A stretch of 62,888 nt of DNA, filler included, from Circinaria calcarea (taxonomy: Eukaryota), in NCBI GenBank assembly GCA_051942165.1. It is 10 parts of 10 records of this genome, joined end to end, with 100 filler letters (N's around TTAATTAATTAA, not from the genome) between each part and the next. Parts side by side here need not be neighbours in the genome. Positions count along the whole stretch, not along the records: positions 44,139 to 50,325 come from JAVECS010001647.1; positions 50,426 to 56,609 come from JAVECS010001648.1; positions 56,710 to 62,888 come from JAVECS010001649.1; 7 more parts are not named here. One strand, given 5' to 3'. The notes below the pieces were generated by a model, which saw only the letters and a list, made by a program, of their open reading frames with translations, searched no databases and was not told the origin of the DNA. Every line of letters begins with the position of its first letter. Within the stretch, counting starts at the first letter, position 1. The translations under genes were made by a program, and so were the position numbers. Shown here one piece after another: positions 49,746 to 62,888 of the stretch.

Positions 49746-50990
49746 GGCCAAAGTGGCCAAAGTGGCCCAAACGACTAGTAGGCGGAAAAGCAAGATTCTA
49801 GACATAATGGCCATTTCCCTGTGCAACGCGAGAAACGAAAACAACCTACTCAAGAAGACCGGAAAAAGAGGCGTGGAAGAAGTGCGGAAACAGAACCTCT
49901 TATACCATTGTAGCACACGCCTCTCAAGTGGGCGAACTAGAGGTTCCACGATTTCCCTGAAACAACATCAAACCATCCAATCTTGTCTTTTTGATCATAG
50001 CTTCGAAATCGATCGCCATCATGTCGACGGCCAAGTTCGCTGGAATTTCAATGAGGCGTGGCATAATAGAATAGTGCGGTGCATTCGAGCATGGCGATCA
50101 GAGATTCTGCCACTCATAACCAGACGAACATCATCTCAGAGCAAAGCAAGGGACCCAAACGGTCTGTAGGACCACATGGAAGTCACACGAGGCTATGTTC
50201 CGAATGTTCCGAATAGCCAACTGGAATCGACCGATATTCTAGATGTTATCCGGACAGAGCAGCCTAATAACTGTGCGAGGGCTGTGAACCTGCAGTGCGA
50301 ACCTCGTCTGACAGGCTGTGTCCTTNNNNNNNNNNNNNNNNNNNNNNNNNNNNNNNNNNNNNNNNNNNNTTAATTAATTAANNNNNNNNNNNNNNNNNNN
50401 NNNNNNNNNNNNNNNNNNNNNNNNNGACCTCTCACTACTTGTCTGGAGCTGGAAACTTCAGCAGGTCTAGAAGTGGAGGTCGTGGGGGTAGAGCAGAGGC
50501 GGTGGATTATCGCTCAGATGGGCCGCTTTCGACGGCTGTACGGACTGAAAGATTCGATTTCTGGAACAGTCTCTGGATTGGAAGAGACACCTCCAGCTAG
50601 TCTAAAGCTACCTAAACTTTAGCCAGTCTGGTGCCTGGCAAAGTTGATTTGGTTAAAAGTTCGGTCACCCTAGACTTTTGTAACCATAGTATTAGCGCAT
50701 CTAAGCTCCAGAGATTGAACTGCATATAACATATATATACACGGTTGAGATATGCTATCATTTTGTGTATATGCTAGTGTACCCATCTCAATCAAATTAG
50801 CATCATCCAATCGAATTACCGTAATGACTTGGCGTTTGGGCCTGGCTACTAAACCTAAGGACGACCGGATACCAATCGGACATCAAACCCTCCCGTCTTT
50901 CCTTCTGTACAATTTACACCCTCAAATCCAGGTATCACCGCCGTTGGTAACCCCTACCGGTTTCATCTTGAGAAGTTGTATCCGAATGCA

Positions 50991-52397
50991 ATGAGCTCTT
51001 CTCAATCCAATCGTGGTGGACGACGTATCCCTCTATGGCTTGATTGTGATCCAGGCAGGTTCGGCCGTGCCACAGCTTCTATTCCGCACCCGTTCGCTTC
51101 TGACAATACCAGGCCATGATGTATGACCTCTGACTTTTTCTGTACAAGATTGTACTAAAGTATACCCCAAAGGACGCTTTCGCCATCCTTCTCGCCGCCC
51201 ACCATCCCCGTCTTCATCTCCTAGGCATCAGCACCGTCCACGGCAATGCCTCCCTTCAACGTACCACCGCAAACGCGGGAAGCGTCCTAACCGCTATTGG
51301 CAGGTCTGATATTCCCGTTTACCCTGGAGCTGCAAAGCCCTATTGCAGAAAAGCCGTCCACGCCCCTGATATCCATGGTCAGTCTCCCCGCACGCTTCAA
51401 TGTAGTTGTTCCAAGCTCCTGCTAACCCATCTTCAGGCCTTTCCGGTCTCGATGGCACCGCCCTTCTCCCAAACCCATCATCCCCACCGATCACCTCCGT
51501 CAATGCCATCCTCGCCATGCGGGAAGCCCTGCTCTCCCAGCCCATGGATTCAGCGTACCTAGTTGCAACGGGCGCTCTTACGAATATCGCACTTCTATTC
51601 GCTACATTCCCAGAAGTAGCATGCCATATCAAGGGTCTAAGTATAATGGGCGGGGCCATTGGCGGAGGTTTTACGTCTGCGCCCTTGGGAACCGTGAAAG
51701 GTGAAGAGGGTAGGGAAAGAGTGGGAAATGTAACCCGGTGGGCAGAATTTAATATCTATGTAAGCTAACACAAATCCATCCCCCGATCTCATCCAATCCC
51801 CATATTGCCGTCAGCGCAGCCAGTAGCATTAGAGCTAATGACATAGTGACATAGTGCGATCCCGAAGCCGCCCATTCCCTCTTTTCCAACGCTCCCCTCG
51901 CCTCCAAAACCACCCTCATACCCTTGGACCTTACGCACCAAGTCCTCGCCACTTCCCCCGTTCAGCAACATATCCTGCACGGCTCCTCCCCTTCGCCCTC
52001 CCTTCACCTAGCACCTTCAACCCTCCGTCAGATGTTTTACGAACTCCTCATCTTCTTCGCGCACACCTACGCTCATGTTTTTAACATCACCGCTGGCCCA
52101 CCGTTGCATGATCCCCTCGCTATAGCGGTACTGCTGTTTGATCAGGGGATTGGGAAATTGGCATTCGTGGACGGGGAGGAGGATGGAGAGAGGTGGGTAG
52201 TTGATGTTGTTATGGAAGGGTTGCATAGCAGTAATGAAGCAGAGAGGGGGCAGGTAGGGAGGACGGTGGTGCAGGTGGTAGAGAAGGGTACGGATGGAGG
52301 AGTGAGAATCATGAGGAGGTTGGACGTACAGAGGTTCTGGGTGGTGCTGGAGGAGTGTGTCGTAAGAGCGGAAGCGTGGGTAGGCCAGGCGGGATAG
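50991..52397 (+). CDS. URH1: Inosine/uridine-preferring nucleoside hydrolase
   Basis: WLDCDPGHDDAFAILLAAH, IHG, TGALTNIA, IMGG, AEFNIYCDPEAA, PLDLTHQ, PPLHDPLAIA; four introns. Confidence 0.92.
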
Positions 52398-53760
52398 GGC
52401 AGCTGGGAATGGAGGTCCGACCGTGTTCTCAAGTGTTCTTTGATTTCCCACTTTGGTCGCGGTCCGAGCCTCTTTTGAGGAAGGAAACATAGGACAACGA
52501 CGACTTGAGGAGATTGAAAGCAAGGAGGCTTCGGGAACTGGAGACCAGGGTAAGAAGTGGGGACTTAAACGTGAGGATATAGAAGGGGTTGGGTCTGCCT
52601 TATTTTATTAAGCACAGCCGTGATCCTATTCCGATTCCCCATTTGCTGTTAATGGCAGACAAATAAATCAGTGCAAGTCACAGACCAAGAGATTATTCTC
52701 CGGCGAGTTGCAATTACTCCAATCCGAACTTTTGGCTTTCAAGCTGCGCTAGAACTAAAAGGGATATTCCAAAGTTCCCTGTATGAAGCAAGCAGCGACA
52801 AAAACAACTTCATACAATGATTATTGATCCTAATTGCAATTTATCTTGAGGAGTTGAGCAGTGCATACGCAGGCGCCTGATGTCGCTGCAGCCTTGTGTG
52901 TCGCTATTCCGTAATGCTGGAAGCCGTCGCTACAGAAAGAATCGTTATCAATGGCCTTTCCGTTTGTACCGCTTCAAAGTGCCGTATGTCCTCGCAGTAT
53001 ACATGCGGTCTCGTCTCATGGAGTTTATATCATGTCGAGTGCGTTTGCCATGCTCTTGTCTTCTTCGCTCCTGTGCATGAACAAATCTCTTGCGGGAATG
53101 TTTTTATCTCCCATGCCGTGAATTTGATTTCTTTCACAAGGAGCGCGGTTGTAAGTTTCTGCCAATACACCAGGCCTTTCTTACGCCGGGACTAAAAATC
53201 GCCCGGTTTGTACTATCAAATGCGCCTTGGGATCCATATCTTAGGGTCGCGTGTGAATCCAATTTCAAGTCAAAAGATGCAACCCCCGAATAAGGACATA
53301 AAAGCATGCCAATTACGATAGAAGCGTCCTCTGATTTCTCAAGCCCATTTGAAACGCGAATGACATACGCTCAGAAGACTGGGCAATCTGAGACAAATAG
53401 AGTAGGTCATAACGTCTATACATATTCTATAAAGGGTGCTGATTCTTCACCAATAAATGTGCATTACACTTACATTAGCAGACGGCTGTAATCTCGGCAC
53501 TGAGAATCTGGTTTATCAGAGAGTAGAGCTACATTTCTCACAACCTCGATGGTCACTAAATATATTCGGTTTCTATACTATCTTGTCCTGACCCTTCCAG
53601 TCAAAGGTTTCCTCGTCGACTATACATATAAAAAATATCAACAACTGAGGCCAGGAAGAACCACTCAGCTCTAAACGAAAGAGGGGGCTTGCTGAGTCGT
53701 TTTCGTTTGACTTATCTTACTCTTCGAACAGCCTCCCTATTGTTCTATACTTCGCAACTT

Positions 53761-55660
53761 ATGACTCTGCACTATCTTAGCACTGACTGGTGGCTGTGGG
53801 AGCTGCTTGGTTGATTAACAAGTGTGGCCTCGATCACTACTCTTGTCTTCGTCCTTAGTATACATAATGGCCGACCTCTGCCACAATGGCCACTTGGTAT
53901 TACGCTCAACACCTTCGTTTCCCTCATTGCAACCCTGGCTAAGGCATCGGCGATTGTTCCTGTTGCGGAAAGTACCTGTCAGCTCAAGTGGCTCTGATTT
54001 AAACAGAAGGAAAAAACTCTTTGACTTCCAAGCACTCGATGACGCCAGCCGGGGGCCATGGGGAAGTTCACAACTATTAAAGAAGCACAAAAGGAAGGTA
54101 TGTCTAGTCCCACAAATCGCCCTGAAAGGCTGTGATCTTATAAGTGTAAACTAGGCACTTGGCGTCTTTCGGAGCAATCATCACCGTTATGGCTCTTGCA
54201 TTGGAGCCCTCTTTACAGCAGATTATTACATATGCGACTCGACTAACTTCTGTGGGGCGTGCTTCGATTGTCTGGAATAAACGGTACAAATTGGTTGCTG
54301 GTCCCGTCGATGGAAGTAGGCTATACATTTCTCTATTTTCACTAATCCGTACGCCCAATGTATTTTCTTAAAGCACCGCTGGTCTCTTTCCAGACTATAC
54401 AACAGATCTGAATATAGTAGCAGCTATATCTGACATAATCCTAGGACGGCCGACCTCATCTGTTATTGTTCCAGATTGTACCACTGGAAATTGCATGTGG
54501 CCGCCGTTTCAGTCGCTCGGAGTATGTAGTACATGCCATAACTTATCACTCAGTCTTAATGCCAATTGCCAGCTGGACGATTGAAAACACGGGTATTGCA
54601 TGTACTTGCTTCCAAATGGTGCATTTTTAAACGCCAGCATTACCGGTCTTACCGGAAATTTATGTTGCACATGCAGTGATGTGCGGTGGCATTCATGCTA
54701 TGTGAGTGTGTAACTATCTAAGCTATTTACGCAGAGAAAAGTGCTTTTATGGTGTGTAGGGAGTGTTGAGCATGGACCTCCTATGCAACATATGCTTCGG
54801 TAAGCCCTCTGACTTCCAGCAATTTAGGCATGAATGTAACAAACACAATTTGTTCCGGTTTTAACACCTCTGCTTTCGCCAACATTCAGTCCCCTTGAAT
54901 CAATACTTTCTCTATATCTGTCCCGGAGGGATCCGGTCCACACTCCGTTGCTGTCGCATCAGAATGCGTTCTGTACTATTGCGTGCAAACGTTAAAGTTT
55001 TCGGTTGCTGGTGGTCAGCTCGCCGAGAAAGCCGTAGCGGTTGCTCGTAACGATTCCGCCTCAGCAGGATGGGAGCAACGTGGCGGTCAAGCGGTACGAA
55101 TACACAGTGATCCCTTTGGCGCAGCTCGCTTCAACGGAACACGTCCTGAAAAAGGTTTCACGATCGTGCCTCCTGATCCGGAAACCTTGCTTCAGGTGAA
55201 TATTGAAAGCCAAGTGGCCTTGATACGGTTTCTAGCAACAAGCGTTCAAGGGTATGCAGTTCGAGATACCCCAGGCTGCGATGCCATACGAGAGAACTGT
55301 TAGGTATTATCTGTTAACTCCCTCGGACTCTATAACGTTTTGAGCATCCCACTATACACTCTGGACGACCTCATGAACAAAATTGCCACGGCCATAGCGA
55401 ACCAAATGGGATCATCTCGAGCCGGATCTTCACCGTCGCCACCATCGTCCAGAGCCAGCGGCGAAAGGCGGTGGTCTGGAAATCCTCGACCTTAGCAACG
55501 TTGCTCCATGGATTGAAGGCCGAAAGTCGAAACGGCTTGTGGCGCGCTCTACTACGCGACGGACACGGAGGTCGAGGCGAAGAAGATCATGGTGGAAATG
55601 GTGTTGGGCGAGGAGGGGTTGAGGCTGGAGAGGAAAAACCGAAATGGGGGGACCCGGAAT
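53761..55660 (+). pseudogene. DUF3176-like membrane protein pseudogene
   Basis: WWLWELLG*, PLPQWPLGITLNT, QLKWL*F, DFQALDDASRGPWGS, CTTGNCMWPPFQSLGVCSTC, WKSSTLATLLHGL, with several stops and frameshifts. Confidence 0.8.
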
Positions 55661-56709
55661 CTCAACTCGCGCGCATTGGCATGAACTTTAGAGATAGTTC
55701 TCGCTGGAAAAGCTCAACTTGTTCCAATTTCTTTTTTTCAATAAGCAGCCAGAGTTGACGCTATGTCAATGCCAACTAAACTACCCTTTTCGAACATCCC
55801 TTGAGCCTCGAGGTCCAGCAGCGGCTCAACGTCCTCCGGTTCGAAGCGTTGAAGCTTATATTTGGATTTCTTTTGGAATTTATTTATTTATTTTGGATGG
55901 CTCTCTCCACTCCTCTACCCCCGTCACAGAGGCAAGAAAGGAAGCGAGATCGATTGGAAAGTATAGGGGCTTACCGAAGCTACGTGTTGGACGAGCTCGA
56001 TGCAACCCCTCCTTACACACTTCTCTAAAAAAAGCCTATTTCGCTGCCATAGCTAGTTTAGAATAGTCACCTACATGGCAAATTAATGCATGCCCCAACC
56101 ATATATGAATGGAAATCTCTCGCCCGGATGTTTGAAACCTCCAATCCAAATTAAATCTCTGCCATCCCTCTTCCCTGTTTCAGGCATTCGTGCCGCAACT
56201 TAATATAACTACCTGCCCCAAAGATGGCGACCATACCATTGTGATACACCACACTCCCTCCTCCCATAAAGTAACGCTGGCCTCCCCCCATCCCCCAGTT
56301 GGGAATCACGGAGGCGTGGTCGTCCGGGGCTGGTGGTCTGTCTGAGGAGTTCAAGTGATTTGGCACATTTCGCGTAAGGCGCGCTACTAGCTGCAGTAAT
56401 AAGCTGGTGATAAAATTTCAAGCACGGGATGCTGGAGAAAAAAGAGTCACCGTAGGTAGCTAGGGACTATATATATGTTTCATTCGATCACTTTTTGCTC
56501 AGCCTAACTCAGTTGACACGATCGATGCTTATACCCCTGGGGTCACCATGAGTACGCGTAATATAATCCCCTTTTTCTATATCCATCGTATCTTGATACA
56601 CCAATACCGNNNNNNNNNNNNNNNNNNNNNNNNNNNNNNNNNNNNNNNNNNNNTTAATTAATTAANNNNNNNNNNNNNNNNNNNNNNNNNNNNNNNNNNN
56701 NNNNNNNNN

Positions 56710-58578
56710 TGAGCGACGGCGAGAACTCGAGTCGGGCGACGACCTTGAAGAACTTGAAGAACTCTCAGCTCCCAGCAATCTCTCCGAGGCACGTCGGAGC
56801 TCTTCTTCAAGGCTGCGTGCTGGTTTGACCTTCTTCGACGACGGAGGTTCTGTGGTTGGGGAAGCATTTACTTTCTTTGAGACGTTGATTGAAAAATAAA
56901 CAATGTGCTTGTTGTCACTGGATTCCGTTTCAGGCGTGAGTTGATGGCTGTTTACCTTCGCGGCTGTATGGAATTTCCCTGATTCACCCTCCGCCAAGTC
57001 CTTAGACGAGTCTTCAGACAAAGTTCCTTTCGCTTGCGGACTAGATTCTTCATTTGCTTTGGAATCGAGCTTCTCATCTCCTTTCAACTTGTCTTCCTCG
57101 TCGGCTTCGGAGTACTCCCACATAGTCTTCAAGTCTCCTTTGAAAAGGGCCGTTCCCCACAGTGAGCCCAGCACAGCTGGTACGAGGTATAAAAGCGCTG
57201 GCTGCCCATGCTGGTAGACCTGCATGACACCGAGCGTACATAACATGCCCAAGACATATCCAACAACACTAGCGTGAAAATAGGTCTTTGGGAAAACGCC
57301 ACCATCAATCCGGTCATAGTCCTGAGTGCGAAGCCAGAAGCGTTCTCCCCATCCTCCTGTAGCAGATTGATATTGCGCCTTCAACATCTCGTGGCTTCTT
57401 TTTTTCATTTTGTCCGTCGAACTCTCCTCTTTCTCAATGTTTCCAACTAGAACGTTGTCCTGGAAATCCTTTTGACATTTTTGTTTTCTTAGGTAGAACA
57501 GGTAAAGATCGAAGCGTAATGCAAAACCGATCATCATCCCGGGTATCACAACATCCCCAAGCCCCAGCATAGATAGCGCCTTTTTGTTAGGCTTGTCGTT
57601 TACACCAGGTGGTCTGGGAAAGAGTAGCTTGACAGGGATATCTAGCGATGTAGCTACGGTGATCATCAGTGGCGTGAAAAAGACAAAGTAGATGTCATAG
57701 AAGAAGAGAGCAGTCAAGACAAGAGTACCGGTCCAGCATGTTGTTGGTGACATGAGCTGGAGAGCGCTGTAGCTGAAGCTGAAACCAACGAGATTCGTTA
57801 GCCACCAGGGCTTGTCAACGAGGTTGAAATAAAGTATCGCAAGCACAGCTAAAGAGAACCCGATGCGGTCTTGTGTATTAATAGAGACCCTGACTCCGGA
57901 TAGTCCGCGCATATATGCCTCTAGCATGTAAACTCCTTGCGTAGGAAAGTCTCGTAACGCCCATAGAGCTTTATTCAATCTATGGGGTAACGTGATCCGT
58001 GATAATGGCCCCGGAAGAGGAGAGAACCTGTGCCCTGGGGTTTTCCGACTGGGATCTTGCACGGCCTTAGGGACTGCCAGCCTCTGTTTCCGCTTAATCT
58101 CCCAAATAAGTCCATTATCGCTGTATCTAGCAGGAAAGATGAAAGACGTGACGATGGTCATGGAATCTGTAAGGAGTTTGGTAATTGCTAGTACTCCAAA
58201 TATAGAAAGGTACCAGTTGAGGATCTTATTTAGAATAGCGGGATCCTTTAGCCATTTGATCAGGAAGTAAAGAGCTCCGAGCGTGCAGCCAGTAAGAACG
58301 GGGTAAAGTATGGCATCAGTGGGAGATAATCCTTGCATTTGTTGATCACTCTCTGCCATAACATCTTCATCTTCTTCCGCGTTATTCGTTGTGTTCTTCG
58401 TTTCCTTTGTAGCATCGGCAGCAGATTTGGGCCGTGATAGGGAGGCATGAGCGCCTGTGTAGATTGGAAATAGGGCTGCTACCAGTAGGTGCAGATATGT
58501 TGGAATGTAGGGCTGGATGAGAGCTAACTCATAGGCTATACGTCCAAGTATCTCAGCTGTTGGACCTGGTGTTGACAT
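56710..58578 (-). CDS. Signal peptide peptidase (A22B aspartic protease), 3'-partial
   Basis: Catalytic FFYDIYFVF and LGLGDVVIPG, QPALLYLVP, multiple TM helices. Confidence 0.95.
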
Positions 58579-58817
58579 CTTCGCGCATAAGGAGCAGGAG
58601 ACGCTTTCAGCTGGTCAGTGGTGTATCTATTAAGATGAAGGGATCCAGAGCATGCACCTACCTGTACAAAGGAATTGGCTAGGCGCGTAGGAGGACACTT
58701 AATACAAACAAAACTTTAAGCGAATCGGGATCTACAGATTCCGCCTTTTTTAGATACAAGGCGAAGGTCTCCCACCTGATCTAAGGTCCCTATGACCGTC
58801 AAATCTTTTACTCCACA

Positions 58818-59468
58818 ATGGCCACAAATGTTGCACTGGATACGACAATGGTAAGGGTTGGGTAGACAGTAGCTAGCCCGGACACAAACTGAATATCTAA
58901 ATAGGGATCGATTGTCGTAGAGCTTTATAACGATCACGCTCCAAGGGTACGCAAGAGACCCTCCATACTGGGAACCTGGTTACCAGCTTATCGATCTAGA
59001 CTTGCATAAACTTTGCAACGCTCGCCCAACGGGGCTACTACAACAATCAGATATTTCATCGTATCATCCCCAACTTTATGCTACAGACTGGCGATCCTAC
59101 GGGCACTGGACGAGGTGGAAGCTCCATCTATGGTGAAAAATTCGAGGATGAGATTCATCCGTCACTGAAACATACTGGCGCTGGAATCTTGAGCATGGCC
59201 AATAGTGGCCCCAACACCAATGGAAGTCAGGTATTAACTAAATGGGCTGACAATGATGAACGACTGCTGATCTTGAATCGAGTTCTTCATTACTCTCAGC
59301 CCAACTCCTTGGCTTGACGGCAAGCATACAATCTTTGGTCGTGTCAAAAGTGGTCTTCGAGTTGTCCAGAGGATGGGTCTGGTCAAAACAGGAGCAGACG
59401 ACAGGCCCGTAGATCAAGTGAAAATTCTAAAGGCACGGGTCATTGAGGAAGGAGAGGATGATACATAA
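58818..59468 (+). CDS. cyp1: Cyclophilin-type PPIase, PPIL1-like
   Basis: [11 protein letters not shown] / [13 protein letters not shown] / [27 protein letters not shown]...[13 protein letters not shown] / [17 protein letters not shown]; three introns. Confidence 0.93.
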
Positions 59469-60175
59469 CGAATGCCTTGGATGTTTGACAGAATAGACTT
59501 TGTACGCTACTATGCAGACTCAGACAATGGTTTGCGATGATTGCACTGGATCAGGAGGTGCCACTATGGCTGGGGCAGAAGTCGCTTAAGGTACGTTGGT
59601 ATCAAATCTATCCGCAATATTGACAATAATGTAAGGGTTGTACTGTCAACAGGCAAATTTGAGGACGCTTTAGAGACCCGCAGACGATCTCAGGGATGGA
59701 GGGATGTCCACGGGACATTATGAACGTAACATTTTATCCAGTACTTATTGAGCGCCGCAAGAACGATCTCCAGCTTTGTATAGTCCGTGATTAGGTTAAA
59801 GGCATGTTGAAAAGATAGATTCATAGGCGGAGTACTGCTCATAGCTTCCTGATTTCCTGTAACGGACAAGAGAAGTAAAAGGAACCAAGATTGTACCATC
59901 ACAAAACGAACCGCTTCTTTCAGTGGTCATCCAGAGCAGCAGATACAGGATGGCATTCACATGAATCAATCTGCCACATTCGAACTTGAAGATCAACGAA
60001 GACTCAAAAGCCTACAGTCTCACAGAATACGTATGGACTGCTTGCAAATGTGTGTAGTTAAGTAGTCCGAGAAGGAGCCAGCAAACTCAGGTATCCCAAA
60101 CTTCTAGCTTAGTCAGCCCCCATCCATGATCAGTGCCGGATCACAACTCTTAGTACACATGCAAAACTCATAGCT

Positions 60176-62120
60176 ATGGAGACTCTTTCGGAGACTTCCT
60201 GGGATATCGTACTCGCTGGTACTGGTATCTCACAGTCTCTGCTTGCCTTGTAGGTAGACATCTAATTGCATGGCGGACCAGGATCGACAAACTGACTGAC
60301 AAAGCTCATGAGGAAGAGCTTTATCACGGTCTGGCAAAAAGGTGCTTCACCTTGATTCAAATGAATATTATGGCGGAGCAGATGCTGCTCTTAGCTTACA
60401 GGATGCGGAAACCTGGGTGATGGAAGTCAATGAATGTAAGATTCACGCTTCGAATTCTTCTTTAATGCTCACAGTCTGCTAGCAACGAAACTATCGCCCT
60501 TCCGAGATGCTTCCATCAGTAGGCATTCGTCTGATAACGGCGCTTCCTCCGCAGAGCAAAGTAGCGTCTCAAAGCTGGGGTTCTCTCGTGCCTACAGTCT
60601 GGCATTGTCGCCGCAGCTGATATATTCTCGTTCTGCATTGTTACCAACACTGGTCGCTTCCAAGGTCTATCGACAACTAGAGTTTTTAGCTGTGGGAAGT
60701 TGGTGGGTGTACGAATCAGAGGACTACGCGCAAAGCCATATAGGAGATCCACCAAGCCACGGTGCTTCCAGTCGCATCAGGAGAATCCCAGGTAGCAAAG
60801 AAGATGTCTTTGCTGATAAAACCCTCAGTCTCAAGTCGAAGCGAGCCTTGATGAACTTCCTAAGACTTGCTGTAAACACCGAGCTTCAGGCACCGGTGCT
60901 AAAAGAGTGGGGAGAGCGGCCGTTCGAAGATTTCCTCGGCTTGTATTGCAGCATCGCTCCGCAACTGCAATCGGTACTGCATGCTTTGACGCTCTCACCT
61001 TCTCCATCAAGCAAGACACAAACATCATATGCGTTAGCACGTATAAATCGTCACCTTACGTCGATTGGTGTCTTGGGTCCAGGATTTGGCGCTGTCATAC
61101 CGAAATGGGGCGGAATCGCGGAAATCGCGCAGGTCGCCTGTCGTGCTGGAGCTGTTGGGGGCGGGGTGTATGTGCTCAATAAAGGTGTCGAAGAAATCAA
61201 ATTCAAACAAAGCGACGGCCTTCCCGGTGACGATGAGAATGGAGGCCATGAACCATATATGCCAACCTTACAGTTGCAGGGCGGTGAAGCGATAAAGACG
61301 AACTGGCTTGCTGGTCGCCACCAGGACCTACCCTCCTATGCACCATCTTCGCCTGATTTCGGCAATTCCTTTATCACGCGTATGATCTCGATCGTGTCGT
61401 CGCCGCTGGTAAAGTTATTCCCAAATATTGCTGATGCGACACCCTCACCCTCCGGGACTGTCGTGGTGTTTCCACCGGGTACAGTTAGTAATGTCTCGGC
61501 GGGCCCTATAACAGAGGTACCTCCAGTCCATATGATCATTCATTCAAGTGATACCGGAGAATGTCCCATGGGTCAATGTAAGTAGACAATTTTCCTTACC
61601 TTAAGCTACCTTTGTGATGACCCAACACATATGAATACTTATCTACATTGTCTGTAACTTTATTGAAGATAACATACCTCTGACAGTCTGAATCATACCT
61701 ACTCTAAATAACAATTTGTTTTTCTAATGGCTATCGAGCATGGCTAAGCGGAATGCGAGAATAGGTGTTATTTACTCGAGTGTATATCTCCCTCTTGCGT
61801 CAGGGCAATCTATACTTGAGTCCGCGATACAAGGACTACTTGGTGCTATCGGTGAGGAACCACGGCCTAGTGTTTTGTGGAGCCTGCGGTACTCGCAGCA
61901 AAAGTCTAGTGTAGAAGACAATGTACCAAATCCGATGGAATCCGAAGCTTCCGTCCCAGGCAAGGTCCTTCTCCTTTCCGACCCGAACACTGACTTAGTC
62001 TTCGATGACCGTATCTTAGAGCGTGTCCGGACAACATGGCAAACGGTGACCGGTGAATCAGATGGCTTTATGCAGTTTGAAGATCGCGAGATAGGTGTAT
62101 ATGATGATGACCAACCTTAA
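60176..62120 (+). CDS. MRS6: Rab escort protein (Rab geranylgeranyltransferase component A)
   Basis: METLSETSWDIVLAGTGISQSLLAL / ALSRSGKKVLHLDSNEYYGG, QLEFLAVG, KWGGIAEIAQVACRAGAVGGGVYVL, HSSDTGECP; three introns. Confidence 0.92.
61612..61696 (+). ncRNA. Intronic box C/D snoRNA with two rRNA guide elements
   Basis: Inside the last MRS6 intron: box C GTGATGA (61614), guide CTTATCTACATT before a D'-like CTGT, C'-like TGAAGA, guide ACCTCTGACAG before box D CTGA (61688), short terminal stem. Confidence 0.8.
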
Positions 62121-62888
62121 TAATATGTGCCGTCTTCTTTCTGAGACCCGACTAATGATCCGCTTGCGGTAACAACAAAACCCATGAGGTACAGAATTGT
62201 CTTCTGCCGCTCAGACATAGCAAGAGTTCCGTTTCCGAGATTGATATAGTTACGTGGTCCTGGATATTTATGTAGTTAACTCAACAGAGTTGTCAGTTTT
62301 TACACCTTTACAACCTAGCTGAACTTCACACTATGGCTTTCTGGGAGTCGGATCTTTAAGCGCAGTGAGCTGATCTTACCACTTTGAAGCTCCTCACGCT
62401 ACGATGACCCGATGTCTACGTGTCGGATTTCATGGGGTATCAGATAAGAGTTGGCTTCAGAGGCTCATGTGTACAGTACAACGGGGCTTATTCGGAGGTT
62501 GATCTGGTCAAAGCAGAACCGTGGTAGCAGCATGTTGACGAAAATAATTCACATTACTGTAAGGAGTACTCTCATAGTCTGCGTGGGAGGAGAAGAATGA
62601 AGTGCGTTCTCTAAATGACATTTGTCTTCATGTGCATGCTTGATCGTGTCTGTCACCCTGATGTCGCATCGTCGTGTCAGTTGTATTCCCTTGGTGTATT
62701 CTCCCTGCAATGGCACGGACGTGATAATAAATGCACCATGACAAGTCCAAGGCTGCAGTCAGTATAGGAGTTCGAGCATGGTATGAAACTACTACCGCAT
62801 ACTCGTTGGCTTGATCTTATGCGCTACTAGGAGGCTCTTTGCCATCCTGCACATCGTCCCTCTGAAAATGAAAACGGAAACACACCTC

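Noticed and set aside
6218..56709. Regularly spaced TTAATTAATTAA repeats as a biological array or CRISPR
   Set aside because: Always embedded in N runs of fixed length: an artificial six-frame-stop linker.
1..62888. tRNA, rRNA, intact transposase or viral genes
   Set aside because: None recognised by eye; a covariance-model or HMM scan would be needed to exclude them fully.

Overview
Intron-containing DNA from a filamentous ascomycete (Pezizomycotina-type GT-AG introns with CTAAC/CTGAC branch sites). It is not one locus: ten contigs of about 6.2 kb, in decreasing length order, are joined by an artificial 100-nt N44-TTAATTAATTAA-N44 spacer, so adjacency across spacers is meaningless. Recognisable genes: a Ser/Thr-rich GPI-type wall protein, a four-TM membrane protein, AP-3 beta adaptin (5' part), a CYP59/StcS-like P450, DNA polymerase delta, an AKR7-like reductase, TCTP, Sur2, a Pex23/Pex30-family peroxin, an O-methyltransferase, uridine nucleosidase, signal peptide peptidase, a PPIL1-type cyclophilin and Rab escort protein. 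Four clear pseudogenes: PDR ABC transporter, laccase, DUF3176-like and PRiA4/MM3350-like. The best signals the ORF track does not resolve are two tandem spliced metallothionein micro-genes (23 and 25 aa), a local family of small MC-x8-CxC Cys-rich genes, a double-guide intronic C/D snoRNA, a MITE present in two contigs, and a decayed inverted paralog of a zinc-finger gene. All calls come from reading the sequence and recalled family motifs; no database search was run.
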